Part shown: positions 31,348 through 43,900 of the stretch, piece by piece
Layout of the letters: every line of letters starts with the position of its first letter
Numbering within the stretch: position 1 is the first letter of the stretch
Assembly (NCBI RefSeq): GCF_000142905.1
Contig: NW_013657656.1
Span: 389,308 to 453,307, forward strand
DNA from: Thecamonas trahens ATCC 50062
Taxonomy: Eukaryota; Protista; Apusomonadida
Reading direction: 5' to 3'
Length of the DNA stretch: 64,000 bases
Notes under the pieces: model-generated
Told to the model about the DNA's origin: nothing
The model's database searches: none
The model's input: only the letters and a program-made list of their open reading frames with translations
Position numbers and translations under genes: made by a program

Positions 31348-34300
31348 ATGCACCTTCGCCGGGCATATCAACCACGAGAGGTTGTCTTTCTTGAGGATCG
31401 TGCCGACAATGAACGGTATCTCAAGTCGTACTGGGCCTCACTGGACATGGCCATCACCACCGACTCGGCCAACCCTACCAACCATCTGGCCAATGCGCTG
31501 GAACACCTGGAACGTGCTGTGGCCGAGGTCGAGGCTGGAGAAGGCGAGACGGTCTTCTCGCGGGTCTTCTTCAACTATGCCATGCCGCTGCTCGCTCAGA
31601 CGCTGCTTGAACGGACATACCCAGTGCCGGCGTGGATGGTGGCCGCGCTCGACTTTGAGCGTCGCATCGCCCAGGTTGTTGTCGCCGCTCTCAAGGCCGG
31701 GACCGCCACTGACAAGATGGTTCGCGCTCTCCGGCGGATGGTCACTTCGTCGATGGAGTTTTACGAGGAGCACGGGACTGTCGACGACACCGACCACCTC
31801 CGGGTCCTGTACTACCCCGAGGGAGCGCCTCCTGCGCCCGAGGACGCTCCCAAAGTTGTGGACGAGGCCGAGGCCGAGGCCGACCCGCCGCTCACACCCG
31901 AGCAGCTCAGCCTCACGGTTCCGCCGGAGTTTGTGACACTCTCGCCGACTGACCACGCGACGTCGATCTTTCTTCTTGATGCCATTGAGACGCTCGGCGG
32001 GCTCGGCCTCTTTGACCATCTTGTGGCGGCACTTGGCGCCGACGAAGCACCGCCTGTCGACGGCGATGGCGACGACGCTCAACCGGCAGTGCCCAAGCTC
32101 GCATCGTCGACCCTGACTGCGATCTGCCGGGTTGTCGGCCTCTGCGCCAAGCACCTTGCGCCGTCGTTCTGGGATCCGTACTCGGCGCAGCTTCTGACCA
32201 AGCTGCGACGCCACATCGATGCGCTGCCGCAGGCTGCGCTCCGCGACCAGTCGCTGGTCGACCTCGTCGACTGCCTCAATGTGTTGGCTCGGACTGCGGC
32301 GCGCGCCGGAAACCACAAGCTTAACCGCGACATCCAGGCGTACAAGCTGGCGCTGGCGTGGCGCTATGTTCAGCTGCCGTACCTCACCCAGTGTCTGCAG
32401 GGCGTGGAGGCCATGCAGCACTTTATCGCCGTGGCCAAGAAGGAGGTCAAGGAGAATTCAACGCTGCGCAAGCCAAAGCAGACCTCTCGCTGGATGTCGG
32501 CGACCGGGACGGGCTTTGGCGTCATGTACTCACGCGCCGGCGGGACCGCGTACAACGTCGGCAACTGGTCGCATGCGAGCGCGCAGCAGACGCGCGCAGC
32601 CGTCTCGGAGGCGCTGCCGGACCCGCGCTCGACATGGACTACCTGCTTGGCTGGTTCGACGACAACGACATTTTTGCACGGGTCCTCAAGTTTGAGAACG
32701 CTGAGGTCCTTGCCAAGGGCTGCGAGATCATTCGCTTTGTTGCCACCCAGCGTGGGCTCACCACGCCCGAGCTCGATGCCATCTGGCACGCAGTCACCAC
32801 CGTCTTTGAGTCGCTTCAGCTCAAGCTCTTTGAGTTTGTGCTTGACCTGGTCGGCGCAATTCCGTTTGAGCAGGTCTGTCACCTCGACGACAAGCTGTGC
32901 GAGCTCCCGCCGTCTGCATTCAACAACCAGGTCCTCACCTTTGTCTCGGACTTTACCCGCAAGGCGCTCGAGGCCGCGGGGGCGTCTGCGCCTGACGCGC
33001 TTGACGACGCGCTGCATGACCAGCGGCTCTTTGGCCTGCAGACGCTGTGGGACCTGGTGACCTCGGGTGCGAGCTCGGGCTCGTCCAATGGCACCGTCGC
33101 TGAGGCCTGCGCCCACCTGCAGTCGCTGCTCCACGAGTTCCCAGCCCATCGCGAGTACTTTGTGGCCAAGGTCATGGCCAACCTCGAGTCAGGCGTGGCG
33201 CTCTCGCCGACGCTGCGCATTCTCATTGATCTGGTCCGCGGCGGAGCCGACGACGAGATCACCCGCGAGTACGTTGAGGAGCTTGACGCACGGTACAACC
33301 TTGTGCAGCTTCTAGTCAACGCGTTGAGTGCGGTGTCGAGCGGCGACGAGGCCGAAGGAGTGACCCAGGCTTGCCTAGCTGCGCTCGAGCATGTCATTAC
33401 CTCTTCGGCGCTCATCCTCTCGGCAGACGCGGCGCTGGCGCTTTGGGACGCACTCGAGGCGCGTGGCGCCGTTGACGCCGCCGCGGGCTGGCTTGCTAGC
33501 CTCAACTGCGAGGAGCCTGTCATCGATCCGTACACCGGCGCGGCGTCGTACCCGGCGTTCACCATCGACGAAGCGACAGCGCTGTACAGCTCGCGGGTGC
33601 TCCCGGCTGTACGGCGCGACCCGGCTATGGTCTCGCCAGCGCTCTCGGCGCTCTTCTGCACGCTCTTTGCGTTGGTCAACACTAGCTCGAGTGCGCTGCG
33701 GAGGTTGACGGCGCCGTTTGAGACCAAGACTCGGTCGTTTGAGGCACTGGTTGGCATCGACGCTCTCGAGGCGCTTGCCCTCTCTGCATCCGACGACGGC
33801 GTTGCCAACGATGCGCTGTACATTCTTGCGAGGCTTTACACGCATGTCTCGACGCTGGTGGACGCGCCTGCCGTCGGCGCTGTTCGCAACGCGTTTGTGC
33901 GGGCCAACCTGAAGCGGGTGCTCGATGCGGCGCCTGCGCCAGCGCCGCGGCCGCTCTTCCTCGCTCACGCAGTCCTTGTTGCCGAGGCGCAGCACGGTCT
34001 TTTTGCGCCGCACGGAGGGCGGGCAAGCGCGCCGCTGGCTGTGCCACCGGCCGAGCATGCAGCGCTTGCCGCCGGAGTCAGCTGCGTCCACGACGCTGAA
34101 TTGATGGACGCGCTCTTTGGACTTCTCGCCAACGCACCGCTCCGCGACGGCATCTGGTCGCTCCTCTGCGCGCTCCCGACCGAGCCTGCGGTGGCGTCTG
34201 CGGTGGCAGCGCCGACGCCCGAGACGCTTGCGCGCGCTCTGGGCGAGGCTTCGCCAGGCGGTACACACTCGGTCTTTCGGGTTCTCTATGGTGTGCTCGC

Positions 34301-37300
34301 GCTCGAGCACGCGCTCGGCGGCGGCGTGGTGCCGGATCCGCGGGCCGAGGTCGACGCGGCGGGCGTGACTCCGGCGGATGCCGCCGCCGCTGTGACTGCC
34401 GCCGACGGCTTTGCGCTTCTCACTCGGCTCTTTACTGCCGACGAACTGCTTGACAAGGGATCCGACGGTTTTGAGTACGGCAAGAAGGCGGCGTCGTCTC
34501 TCTCTGCGCTCATCAACTCGCTCTTTGCCGGCGGCGACGTGGAGGTTTCGGCGCTCGACGGTTCGTTTGTGCAGGGTCTTGTCTCGCAGATCCACGAGCT
34601 GGCCGGCGCGGCTGGCGAGCTCGCAAAGCCCACCGGGACATCGTCGTCGACTGGCTCGTCGGCAGCGGTGGCGCCGGGCATTCTCTCGATTCGGTCTATG
34701 AACGCGGCCGAGGCGCTGTCGGGCACGGTGCGCGGGACGCGGATCGCCAACTGCCACTACGGTGCGACGCAGACGCTGTTTGAGTTTGAGGTGTCCGGTG
34801 CGTCATCGTACCGTGTCGCTGTCTACTGCGTCGACTTCAACACCCACCGGCGGCACCAGACGATGCTGGCGTTTGTGGGCGACACGCCCGAGCTCGCCGA
34901 GTGCGCGCCGGAGGGCTCGGTAGTCGCGCTTCGCGGGCTCGACTTTCACAACGGGTGCTGGGTGGTGTGGGACGTCCACGCCGAGACCGAGGGCGAGGAG
35001 CAGGCGAGCCAGTTTAACTTGCTCATCGACAACGCCGATGCGTCGTCGCCCAACTGGACGCTCTCGGCGTTCTTGCTTGACCCGCTGCCGGCCGACAACA
35101 TGCGCGAGACCTCACACTACCCAACGCTTGTCGAGATCGACACGAGCTCGCAGGGCCGATGGCACGGGCGGTACGGCTCGGCCGGCGGCGTGCTGCTGGG
35201 TCGGGTCGATCTCGAGGTTGAGGCGCGTGTGCCGGGCCCGCGGCTGGTTGCGTTTGACAACGACTCTGCGCTCCGGTACGAGTGGGTGGAGGAGGCAACG
35301 TCCGACGAGCGGGCGCTGCAGCCGCCGCCGCCATGCGGCGGCGACATCGAGGTTGAGGCTGTTGAGGCCGAGGATGAGGCGAGCCGGGCGCGCCGGCTTG
35401 TGGTTCTTTCGGTTAATGCGCCTGCGGCTCCTGACGGCGATGAGCCTGACGCTGCTGAGCCGGGTACCCCCGAGTCTGGCTCATCCGAGGCCTCGCTTGG
35501 AGATGTAGACGCCAGCAACTCGCTGTCAGACGATGATGGCATTCCTGTCCAACAGGCGGTTGTTGTCTCGTTTGGCGACGAGAAGGGCAAGGATGACGAC
35601 GACGACTCGTTCCTTATCCGGCGGCGGGCCGGGTCGGGCGCACGCCGCAAGAGCAAGAGCAAGACCAAAGTGGCCGGTTCAGGCGGGGCGTGCCAGGCAC
35701 TGCTGGACATGTTGTTCACGACGCTCGACGCATCGCCGTCGCTTGTGGCTGCGCTAGAAGCAAGCACCGAGCTGGAGGCCTGGCTCGAAGTTGTGCTGGC
35801 CAAGTGCAGCGTGGCGGCGATCCGCGAGAGCGCGGCTGCGCGGCTGCCGGGGCTTGCGGTGGTGCACCCGCCGCTGGGCGCGCGGATGATGGCGACGCTG
35901 CTGCAGGTGACGCAGCGTGGCGAGGCCGGGCGGGCGAGCGTGGCGTCGTTTGAACAGGCGTTTGAGGTGGTGCTTGCGCTCGCGCGCGACGGGGTGGCGT
36001 TTGATACCAGCGCAGCGTTTGCCGCGTGGGCGCGCGACGTGATGGCATTAAGCGTGGTGGAGAGCGATGACGACGAGGCCGTCGACAGCCTGCTCGTGGG
36101 CCTCCTCCGCGGGCTCTCGACGTGTCTGCGTGTGGAGCCGGCGCTAGCGAGCGGGGCGGCCGGCGACGCGCTGCTCGACTACGTGTTTGGCGACTGTCTG
36201 TTCTCGGTGCCTGCCGACAAGACGGCCAAGGCGGTGCCTGTGTGCAAGAGCTACACGGCGCGCGAGGCTGCGTTTGAGGTTCTCCTCCAGCTCTGCGCAC
36301 AGGCCGATGGCAAGAGCACTGTACTGATGGAGTCGCTTGCGGACGTACTGGCGGGCGCGGGGCTGCCGGGGCCTGACGAGTGGTGCGTGGATGTTGTGGG
36401 CGACGGCGGCGACGGCGACTCGGACTCGGAGTACGGCGGCGAGGTGGAGCGGTTCAAGGGCCTCAAGAACCAGGGCTGCACATGCTACATGAACGCGTCG
36501 CTCCAGCAGATGTTCCTCATCCCTGAGCTTCGCGAGTCTATTCTGCGGGTGCCACTAGCGGCGAGCGATGACGAGGAGTCGTTTGCAGGCAACATCATGT
36601 GCCAGCTCCAGCTGCTGTTTGCCAAAATGCTCGAGTCGCGGTCGTACTACGTGGACACGATCGACTTTTGCCGGACGGTCTTCCTCAACGGCGAGGTCAT
36701 CCAGCTCGGGCAGCAGGAGGACGCTAACGAGTTTATCAACTCGCTGGTGGACCAGCTCGAGCCGCATCTCAAGGGCACACCTGAGGAGGCGGTCTTTACC
36801 AATGTGTTTGGCGGGAGCTTTGTCAACCAGATTGTGTCGCAAGAGTGCGAGCACATTTCGGAGCGGCCGGAGGAGTATCTGACGATTTCGGTCAAGGTGC
36901 AGAACAAGCGGAACCTGCAGGAGGGCCTCGAGTTCTTTGTGCAGGGCGACATGCTTGATGGACAGAACAAGTACCACTGTGAAAAGTGCGATACCAAGGT
37001 GGCGGCGCTCAAGCGGTGCGTTATCCAGCACCTGCCTAACACGCTTGCGTTGCACCTCATCCGCTTTGAGTTTTCGTTTGAGACGTTTGAGAATGTCAAG
37101 GTCGACGACCGGTTCGAGTTCCCAGAGACGCTCAACATGAAGCCGTACACCAAGGAGGGACTCGCAGCAGCGGCGGTGGAGGCCAAGGCCAAGGCCAAGG
37201 CCGAGGCGCGGGCAGCTGGTCGCGGCGACGAGGACGAGGAGGACGAGGACGAGGAGGACGAGGACGAGGACGGCGGGGTTGGTGCGTCGGGCGCGAGTGG

Positions 37301-39065
37301 AACCGACGGCATCGAGCGGCCGGACGACTACTACGAGTACCGGCTGCAGGGAATCCTGGTTCACTCGGGCACGGCAGACATGGGCCACTACTACTCGTAC
37401 ATCCGCGACCGGGAGGGCGACGAGGGCTCGGCGCGGTGGTACGAGTTCAACGACCGGTCTGTGACGCCGTTTGACCCGAGCGAGATTGCCGAGCAGACAT
37501 TTGGCGGGCCGTACGAGGGCATGGCATCAGACCACTCGAAGATGTACTCGGCGTACATGCTGTTCTACGAGCGGGTAGGACCCAAGTACGCACCGCGGAC
37601 GTACGGCGGCGGGCTGCTGGAGCCGCCGACGGTGCTGGAGCAGGATCCGGAGATTTTGGACAAGATGTGGCGCGACAGCGTGGCTGCGGCACAGCGGCGG
37701 CACTTTATGAATGCCACCTGTCTGCAGTTTATGTGGTCGCTGGTGGCACAGGAGGCACCCAAGATTCCTGTTTCGACGAGCACGGAGGTGCTTGACGAGA
37801 GCTCATGGGCCGGCAAGCTGCTGACGTTTGGCACGCGGCTCTGCTTTGACCTTCTCGCGCACTGTGAAGACAAGCTTGGCATTGTGGACAAGATCCGCGA
37901 GCTCGGCGACATGTACGTCAAGCACCTGCCGGGCTGCGTGTGGCTGCTGCGGCGACTGGCGGATGCCGAAGCGAGCTGGCTCGGCGACGTGCTAGTGGTG
38001 TGTCCGGACCTGGACATCCGCGAGGCGATGGCGGAGCTTGTGGTGCGGGTGCTGGGCGCGGCCGTGGCGGGCGGGTGCGAGGCCGAGGCGGCACAGTACG
38101 CGGCGGCGGCGCTTGCAACGCTCAAGGCGTGCGCAACCGACCCGACGGTCAAAACGTCGCAGCTGGTCTCGACGGTGCTCGGGTACGCACAGGTGGGTGG
38201 AGTGCGGCAGCTGTGCGAGGCCGGGGCGCTGCGGGGCGCGATCGAGTTGTACGAGTCGAACCGGACGCCGCTCTTCCACCGTGCGCTGCGGCCCAAGCAC
38301 CTCTCGCTCATCGAGCTCATTTCTGTGCTCGGGCGCGCGTACCGCAACCCGAACGGGCCGTCTGCTGCCGACAGCCAGGGCAGCTACATGGAGGGCCCGA
38401 TTGACGACGAGGTGCTCCACCTGCTGTTCTCGAAGCGGTTCCTCACGTCTGTCCTCGCGCAGCAAGCCTACCGCGAGGCTGCACATGGGCTCATCCAGCA
38501 CTGGGTGCCCGGCAACCGGCGTGTGGCAGACGCGGTGATGGATGCGGCGCTCACTGGGCTCGACTCGTTCATGGACAAGACGGTGCTGGGTAATTACACG
38601 GCGGCGATCGACGCGATGCGCGAGATCGACGACGGTGACGGCGCGTACCGTGAGGCTCGCTACGTCGAGGGCCTCATCAAGAGCATGAAGAAGGCGATGC
38701 GGGTGCCGCGGACGCGCAACAACCTCCTGGCCCTGCTTCTCGAGGCTGGGGCCAGCGACGACGCGACTCGGCAGCACATCGAGAGCCACGAGGTGATGGC
38801 GCGGCTGATGCAAACTGACCCTTCGCTGCGGTACTACGTGCAGACGCAGCTGGCAGCCAAGTTTACCGAAGTCTTCCCCGCCCTCGCGGTCTCGGCGGGT
38901 GTGCCGGGCGCCGCCAGCGCGGCGGCAGCTGCTGCCGGCGTCGCCTCGCCGCCGGTTGACGATGCTCCAGTGCCGTCAGGCCACCAGCCGGGCGGGCCGG
39001 GAGCGCCGGTGCCGTCGGGCCACCAGCCGGGCGGGCCTGCGCCTGTCACCGGCGACGACGAGTAA
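31348..39065 (+). CDS. Giant ubiquitin carboxyl-terminal hydrolase, USP9X/USP24/USP34 clade; one -1 frameshift at 32622-32624
   Basis: Cys box GLKNQGCTCYMNASLQQ, QQEDANEF, His box LVHSGTADMGHYYSYI, WYEFND, AYMLFYER. Long helical N-terminus. About 2572 aa when joined. Confidence 0.92.
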
Positions 39066-39091
39066 ACCGACTTGATGGCTGGCAGAGCAAG

Positions 39092-40689
39092 TCACGAGAC
39101 ACAGCAGCAGCAACAGCTCGACGAGACCTTATCGGCGGCGGTGTAGACGTGGCGCTCGCCGGAGAGCGTGTGGAGCGATAGTGTGATGCGATCTGCCGGC
39201 GAGAGAGTGATGGCGCCGTAGTTGTTGTCGCGGACAGCCTTGTCATGGCGGTAGAAGCACCCAGTGTCAGCAGAGACGCTTATGGCGAGATTTTTGTGAA
39301 GCGCGGCGTGGAGAACAGCGTACAAGGGCTCCGGCATCTTCTCGTTGGTGATCGACGACGCCGTGAGCTGCGCCATGGTTTGGGAGTTGGCGCCCGAGCC
39401 GCATGGGCGGGTGAGGGTAGAGAAGACACCGACATGGACATCGCCAGCGACAACAGCAACGTCACGACCGTGCTGCGGCTCGGACGCATCACCGGATCCG
39501 TACTTCCAGTCGAGAAGCGCGTTGACCATGCGGAGCTGCTCGTCCGAGTGGCCGCCGTATGCCCAGTGATCTTTGAGATCACCAAGCGGCTCGACCTGGG
39601 CGGCGGCATCGGTTAGCTTCTTGTTGAGGTAAACAAGCGGGACCGAGGTGGCGACAATAAGGCGGGTAACGTCCTCCGCGCCGAGCCGACCGCCGGATGC
39701 AAGTGCGGCGTCAATGTCGGCCCACTGCGAAGCTGAGAGGTACGGCAGCTCGCCAGCGCCAGCGCCAGCGCCGCCAAGGGCTGGCTCAAACGAGCGCCCG
39801 CCGCGCTGGTCGACGAGGATGATGCCGACACCACCGATGCGGAGAATAGCGTGTTCGAGGTGGCCTGCAGCACCGGGGCTGTGAACGAGACTGCCCTGGT
39901 AGCTGCGGTAGACGTCGCGGGCAATGAGGCCGATCTCAAAGGCAAGCGACGACGGATCGCTGTCCTCCGGGAGTGAGCCCCAGTCGTCGCGGATCTCGTG
40001 ATCATCCCAGATCATGATGTTGCCCGTGTTGGCGAGCACTCGTGCCGTCGCCTCGGACGCCCAGTTTGTGCGGTAGACGGCAGCGTAGAGGTCAGCCACA
40101 GCCGAGTGAAACTCTGGCGAACCACGGGTGTGGACGCCGGACGAGATGAGATCCTCTGCGGCGGCAAAGGCATCATCGCAGTAGACCTGATCCCCTATGT
40201 GAACGATCATGTGAAAGTGACTCGCTCGATCAGCAAGAGTAGTCCAGAGCGAGTCGACGGAACCATCGAGAACGGCCGGCGGCGGCTTGTTGCATGAGAC
40301 AAAGCCAAGGCAGAGGTCAACCCCGCCTCTGCTGGAGTGCGAAAGCCAGCGCTCCTGACCTCGATGGACTCATCGTTGTCATCGATTACAGATAAGGCGT
40401 ACTCGGTCTCTGGCAGCAGTCCATGGAGAGTAATGGTAAGCGGCGCATGAGCCGGAAACTGAGTCAGTGGCGAGAGAGTCTGAGATGAAGAGGACAAAGT
40501 CGACGACGGAGGGGGAGCAGCGGGTGTTGATGATGGTGATGATGATGATCGACCGAGTTGGCCAGCAGGGGCAGGTGCCAAGGCCGTGGCTACCACACGA
40601 GCCGGAGTGGCAGCAGGAAACTCAAAGAGAACCCGAGCAGAGGTCGGTGTCACAACTCCCACAATGGGTCCGAGCGTGGGTCGAGGCAT
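39092..40689 (-). CDS. PhoD-like metallophosphatase with poly-Cys/CaaX C-terminus; one -1 frameshift at 40321-40324
   Basis: GPIVGVVTPTSARV N-domain. After the shift: GFVSCN, HIGDQVYCD, MIWDDHEIRDDWGS, DLKDHW, AGDVHVG. Ends CCCCCVS. Confidence 0.88.
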
Positions 40690-40957
40690 ATATATAGATG
40701 TATATATGGGGGGGGGGGGGTAGGCAGGAAGGTGTGTCTGGACCTCGTCCTCTCTGTGCGGGGGTGGCTGTTGGGCGTTTTTTTCCGCACCGCTGGTTTT
40801 TCTTTGCTCTTTGTTTTACGGTGTGGGCTGCTGGCCGGTGGTGGTCTCTTTGTTGCCTCTGGTGAAGGCCTGGGGCAATGCTGATCATGATAGCAAGCGT
40901 GTGAAGTCGCCTTTTGTTTGGTGTGTGTTTCCTCGCGACAACGTCCTGACTACGCAC

Positions 40958-43900
40958 CTACATGGCATGGATGTCGTTCTCGAGGCCGAAAAAGTTGGAG
41001 ATCTCCGAGACGGAGGTGACGACTTCGTGAGGGATGAGCGAGAGCATGAACATGGTTCTGCGGTTGTGGTGGTGGAGGACGCGGGTCATGGGCGCGAGGA
41101 CCAGGAGGGCAAATGCGGCAAAGGCGACCATTTGCAGGGCGAGGGCGATGCCCGGGAGCGCGCGGTAGATCTCGCGGGTGTGGATGGCGGTGGCGTACGA
41201 GTTGGTGCTCATCTCGAGGCCGTCCAGCATTTCTTTGTGGTACAGCTCCTCGATGACAACAAGCTCATGGACGTGCGGGACGAGGCGATCGGGATGGGCA
41301 ATGACCAGGTCGAGGCCGAGCTGGACGTAGTGCCGGATGAGGTTGGAGAGGCCGCGGCGGGTGGGGCCAAACAGCGGGTCGCTGGAGTCGCGGCAGGTGG
41401 CCGGCGGATAGCGGAGGCATGCGCCGATCTGCTCCAGATGGTCTTGCGCTGGCACCTTGAACGTGTCCTTCTTGTGCAGCAGGATGAACTTTTGAGTGGC
41501 ACGCATGCGTTCGAGAGCGAGCGAGAGTAGCTCTCGCGGCTTTTCAAACTTGGACGATGGCACAATCTTCACAGAGTTGCCCAGGGCAAAGCTCTCAGAA
41601 TGCAGCGCAGGAAAGTCCATGTAAACAAACGGAAGGATGGCCTCTTCAAAGTCATGGAGCAGCGGATACTCGGCGAGGACGTGCTCGATGGCCATGGCGC
41701 GGATGTCCTCGTTGAACGGGAGGCGGAGGCCACCGAGGGCCGTGATGGACGCGACGTTAGTGAGGAACTGGAGCTCAAGGAGCGAGATGAGCGAGAAGCA
41801 GAGGATGATACCAAGGCCGACCATGCCGACGAGGACCCACCGCTGGCGGACTTCGACAGAGTCAGTCTGCATCGACTTAAACAGCGCCTTGCGCGCCGCG
41901 GCCTGGGCATCGGCCTCGGACTTCTTTTTGGCCTTGCGCAGACCACACCAGCGTCGGCCCGAGCGCGTCGACATGCGGTGCTTTGCTGCCGAGGGCGTTG
42001 ACTGCGTGGCCGACTCGACCGACTCGGAGTCGTGTGCTGGCGCCGGTCTCGACTTTGAGTTGCGCCGATCTGAGAGCGGCGCGCCGGTCTCGACCAGGCT
42101 GGAGGCGTGCGCCGACGGCGACTCCTCGACGAGAATCGGCGACTGTTGCGGCGAGACCATGTGGGTAAGCGTTGGACGCGAGTTGAAGCCGACTCGCTTC
42201 TCGACGTCCTCGGTAGCGACAGCGGTGCCGTTGCTCGACGACTTGGCCGAGCCGCCAAACTCGGCGCCACTGCTCACGCTGTCGGCATCACTGTTGTGAC
42301 CACCCGACACGCCGTTGTGTGAAGTAACGGTGCTTCGCGCAGTGAGATCGGCCAGTGGAGTGCCATCGCCTCTGCTATCCTGCTCATCGCCTTCTTGCTG
42401 CTCGGTCTCCGAGCCATAGCTCGAGCTTGAGCCCGAGCTCGAGTCGGACTCGTGTGACGACGACATAGCCGACGAGGAGGATGACGACGACGCTTGCATG
42501 CCTGGGGTGCAAGGTCCGAGCCCGAGCTCAAGACGTCTTCAGCCGAGTCAACCGATTGGTTCGAGGCAGCAAAACGCGATTGTGAGACGTGCGAACTATT
42601 ATCGTCCGAGGCGACAGAGAGTGGGCCCCGCGACGGGCGCGGCGGGCGTGCGGAGCCCGCCGGCTGGTTCGCCGGCCGTCGGGAGATCGGTTGATACGAG
42701 GCCGATCCCCGCAGTGCGTCGGCCGCGTGGAAACTCGACAGAAACGAGGCCGAGTGCGGTGTGTCAGGCACCGCCACTGTCGCTGCAGAGACAGCAGTAA
42801 ACGAAGTCGACTCGGTCACTTCAGGCCTCGACATGGGGACCGGCGCAGTCTTTGTGAGGTCTGCGACAGTCATCTCGCGATCATCGGGGCCGCTAAAGTC
42901 AGCTGCGCGGGCCCGCGAGCGCGAGATCGGCGGCGTGGGCGGGCGGGCCTGCGAGCGCAACTGGGAGCGGGTCGACCGGCCGCCGTCTGCGTCGCGCGCC
43001 GAGAGCTGGATGCCGAGGTCGGAGCCGTCGCGCGACGACATGGAACCTTCCGAGTCGAACGAAGCGACCGAGTTGGTGCCAGCCCCGGCCCCATCACGCT
43101 TGTGCGTGCCGCGCATGAGCTTGGCAACGGCGGTCTTGGGAATGGCGAGAAAGACGGCGATAGTGGCGCGGCGGCGGTGCGAGGCAGCGCGGAAGGCAGG
43201 CATAACAATGAAAAAGACGGCAACAAGGTGCAGGCCGATCATGGCTGCCGAGAGCGAGCAGATGATGGCCAGCGCCTGGAGGAGCGTGGTGCGGACGGTC
43301 TCCTGCTCGAGGTTGAGGGCGTGTTCCAGCGCAACGCGGAGGCCATGGCCACCGTTGAAGAGGACAAAGAGCGCAAGGTCGGCGTCGGCAAAGACGGCAT
43401 CGGAAAGGTTGGTGTCGACCCAGGCTTCGGTGGTGTTTGAGTGCAGCCCGTGGGTCTCGAGCACATGGGCCGAGTATGACCGTGCGGCAGTGCAAAAGAC
43501 GGCGATGGCCTCTTCCAAGTTGTACGCCCGCGGAATGACTCGCATTTCCTCTTCCGGCATGTCCGGGTATGCGTGGAGATAGCCGTCGGAGAGCTCAAAG
43601 TGGTACATCACAATCTGGGGATCGCCCGAGTGGAGCTTGTCGAGCCTGCTGGCCGGATCATAGAGCCCGCTGGTGTCAAGCAAGATGTGGTGGTGCTCCA
43701 GGAGCTCGTCGACGGTGGCATGGACCTTCTCGACGAGGGCAATGGCGAACTCCGGGTTGTAGCCCAAGTTGTCCAGCGAGCCCGAGACCAGCTGGTTGAC
43801 CTCGCGCAAGTACACGTCCGACTTGCGCCAGGCATCGGTGATGTTTCCGTGACAACCTCGACGCGGTCAAGCAAGTACAGACTCTGGATGTCTGAGACGA

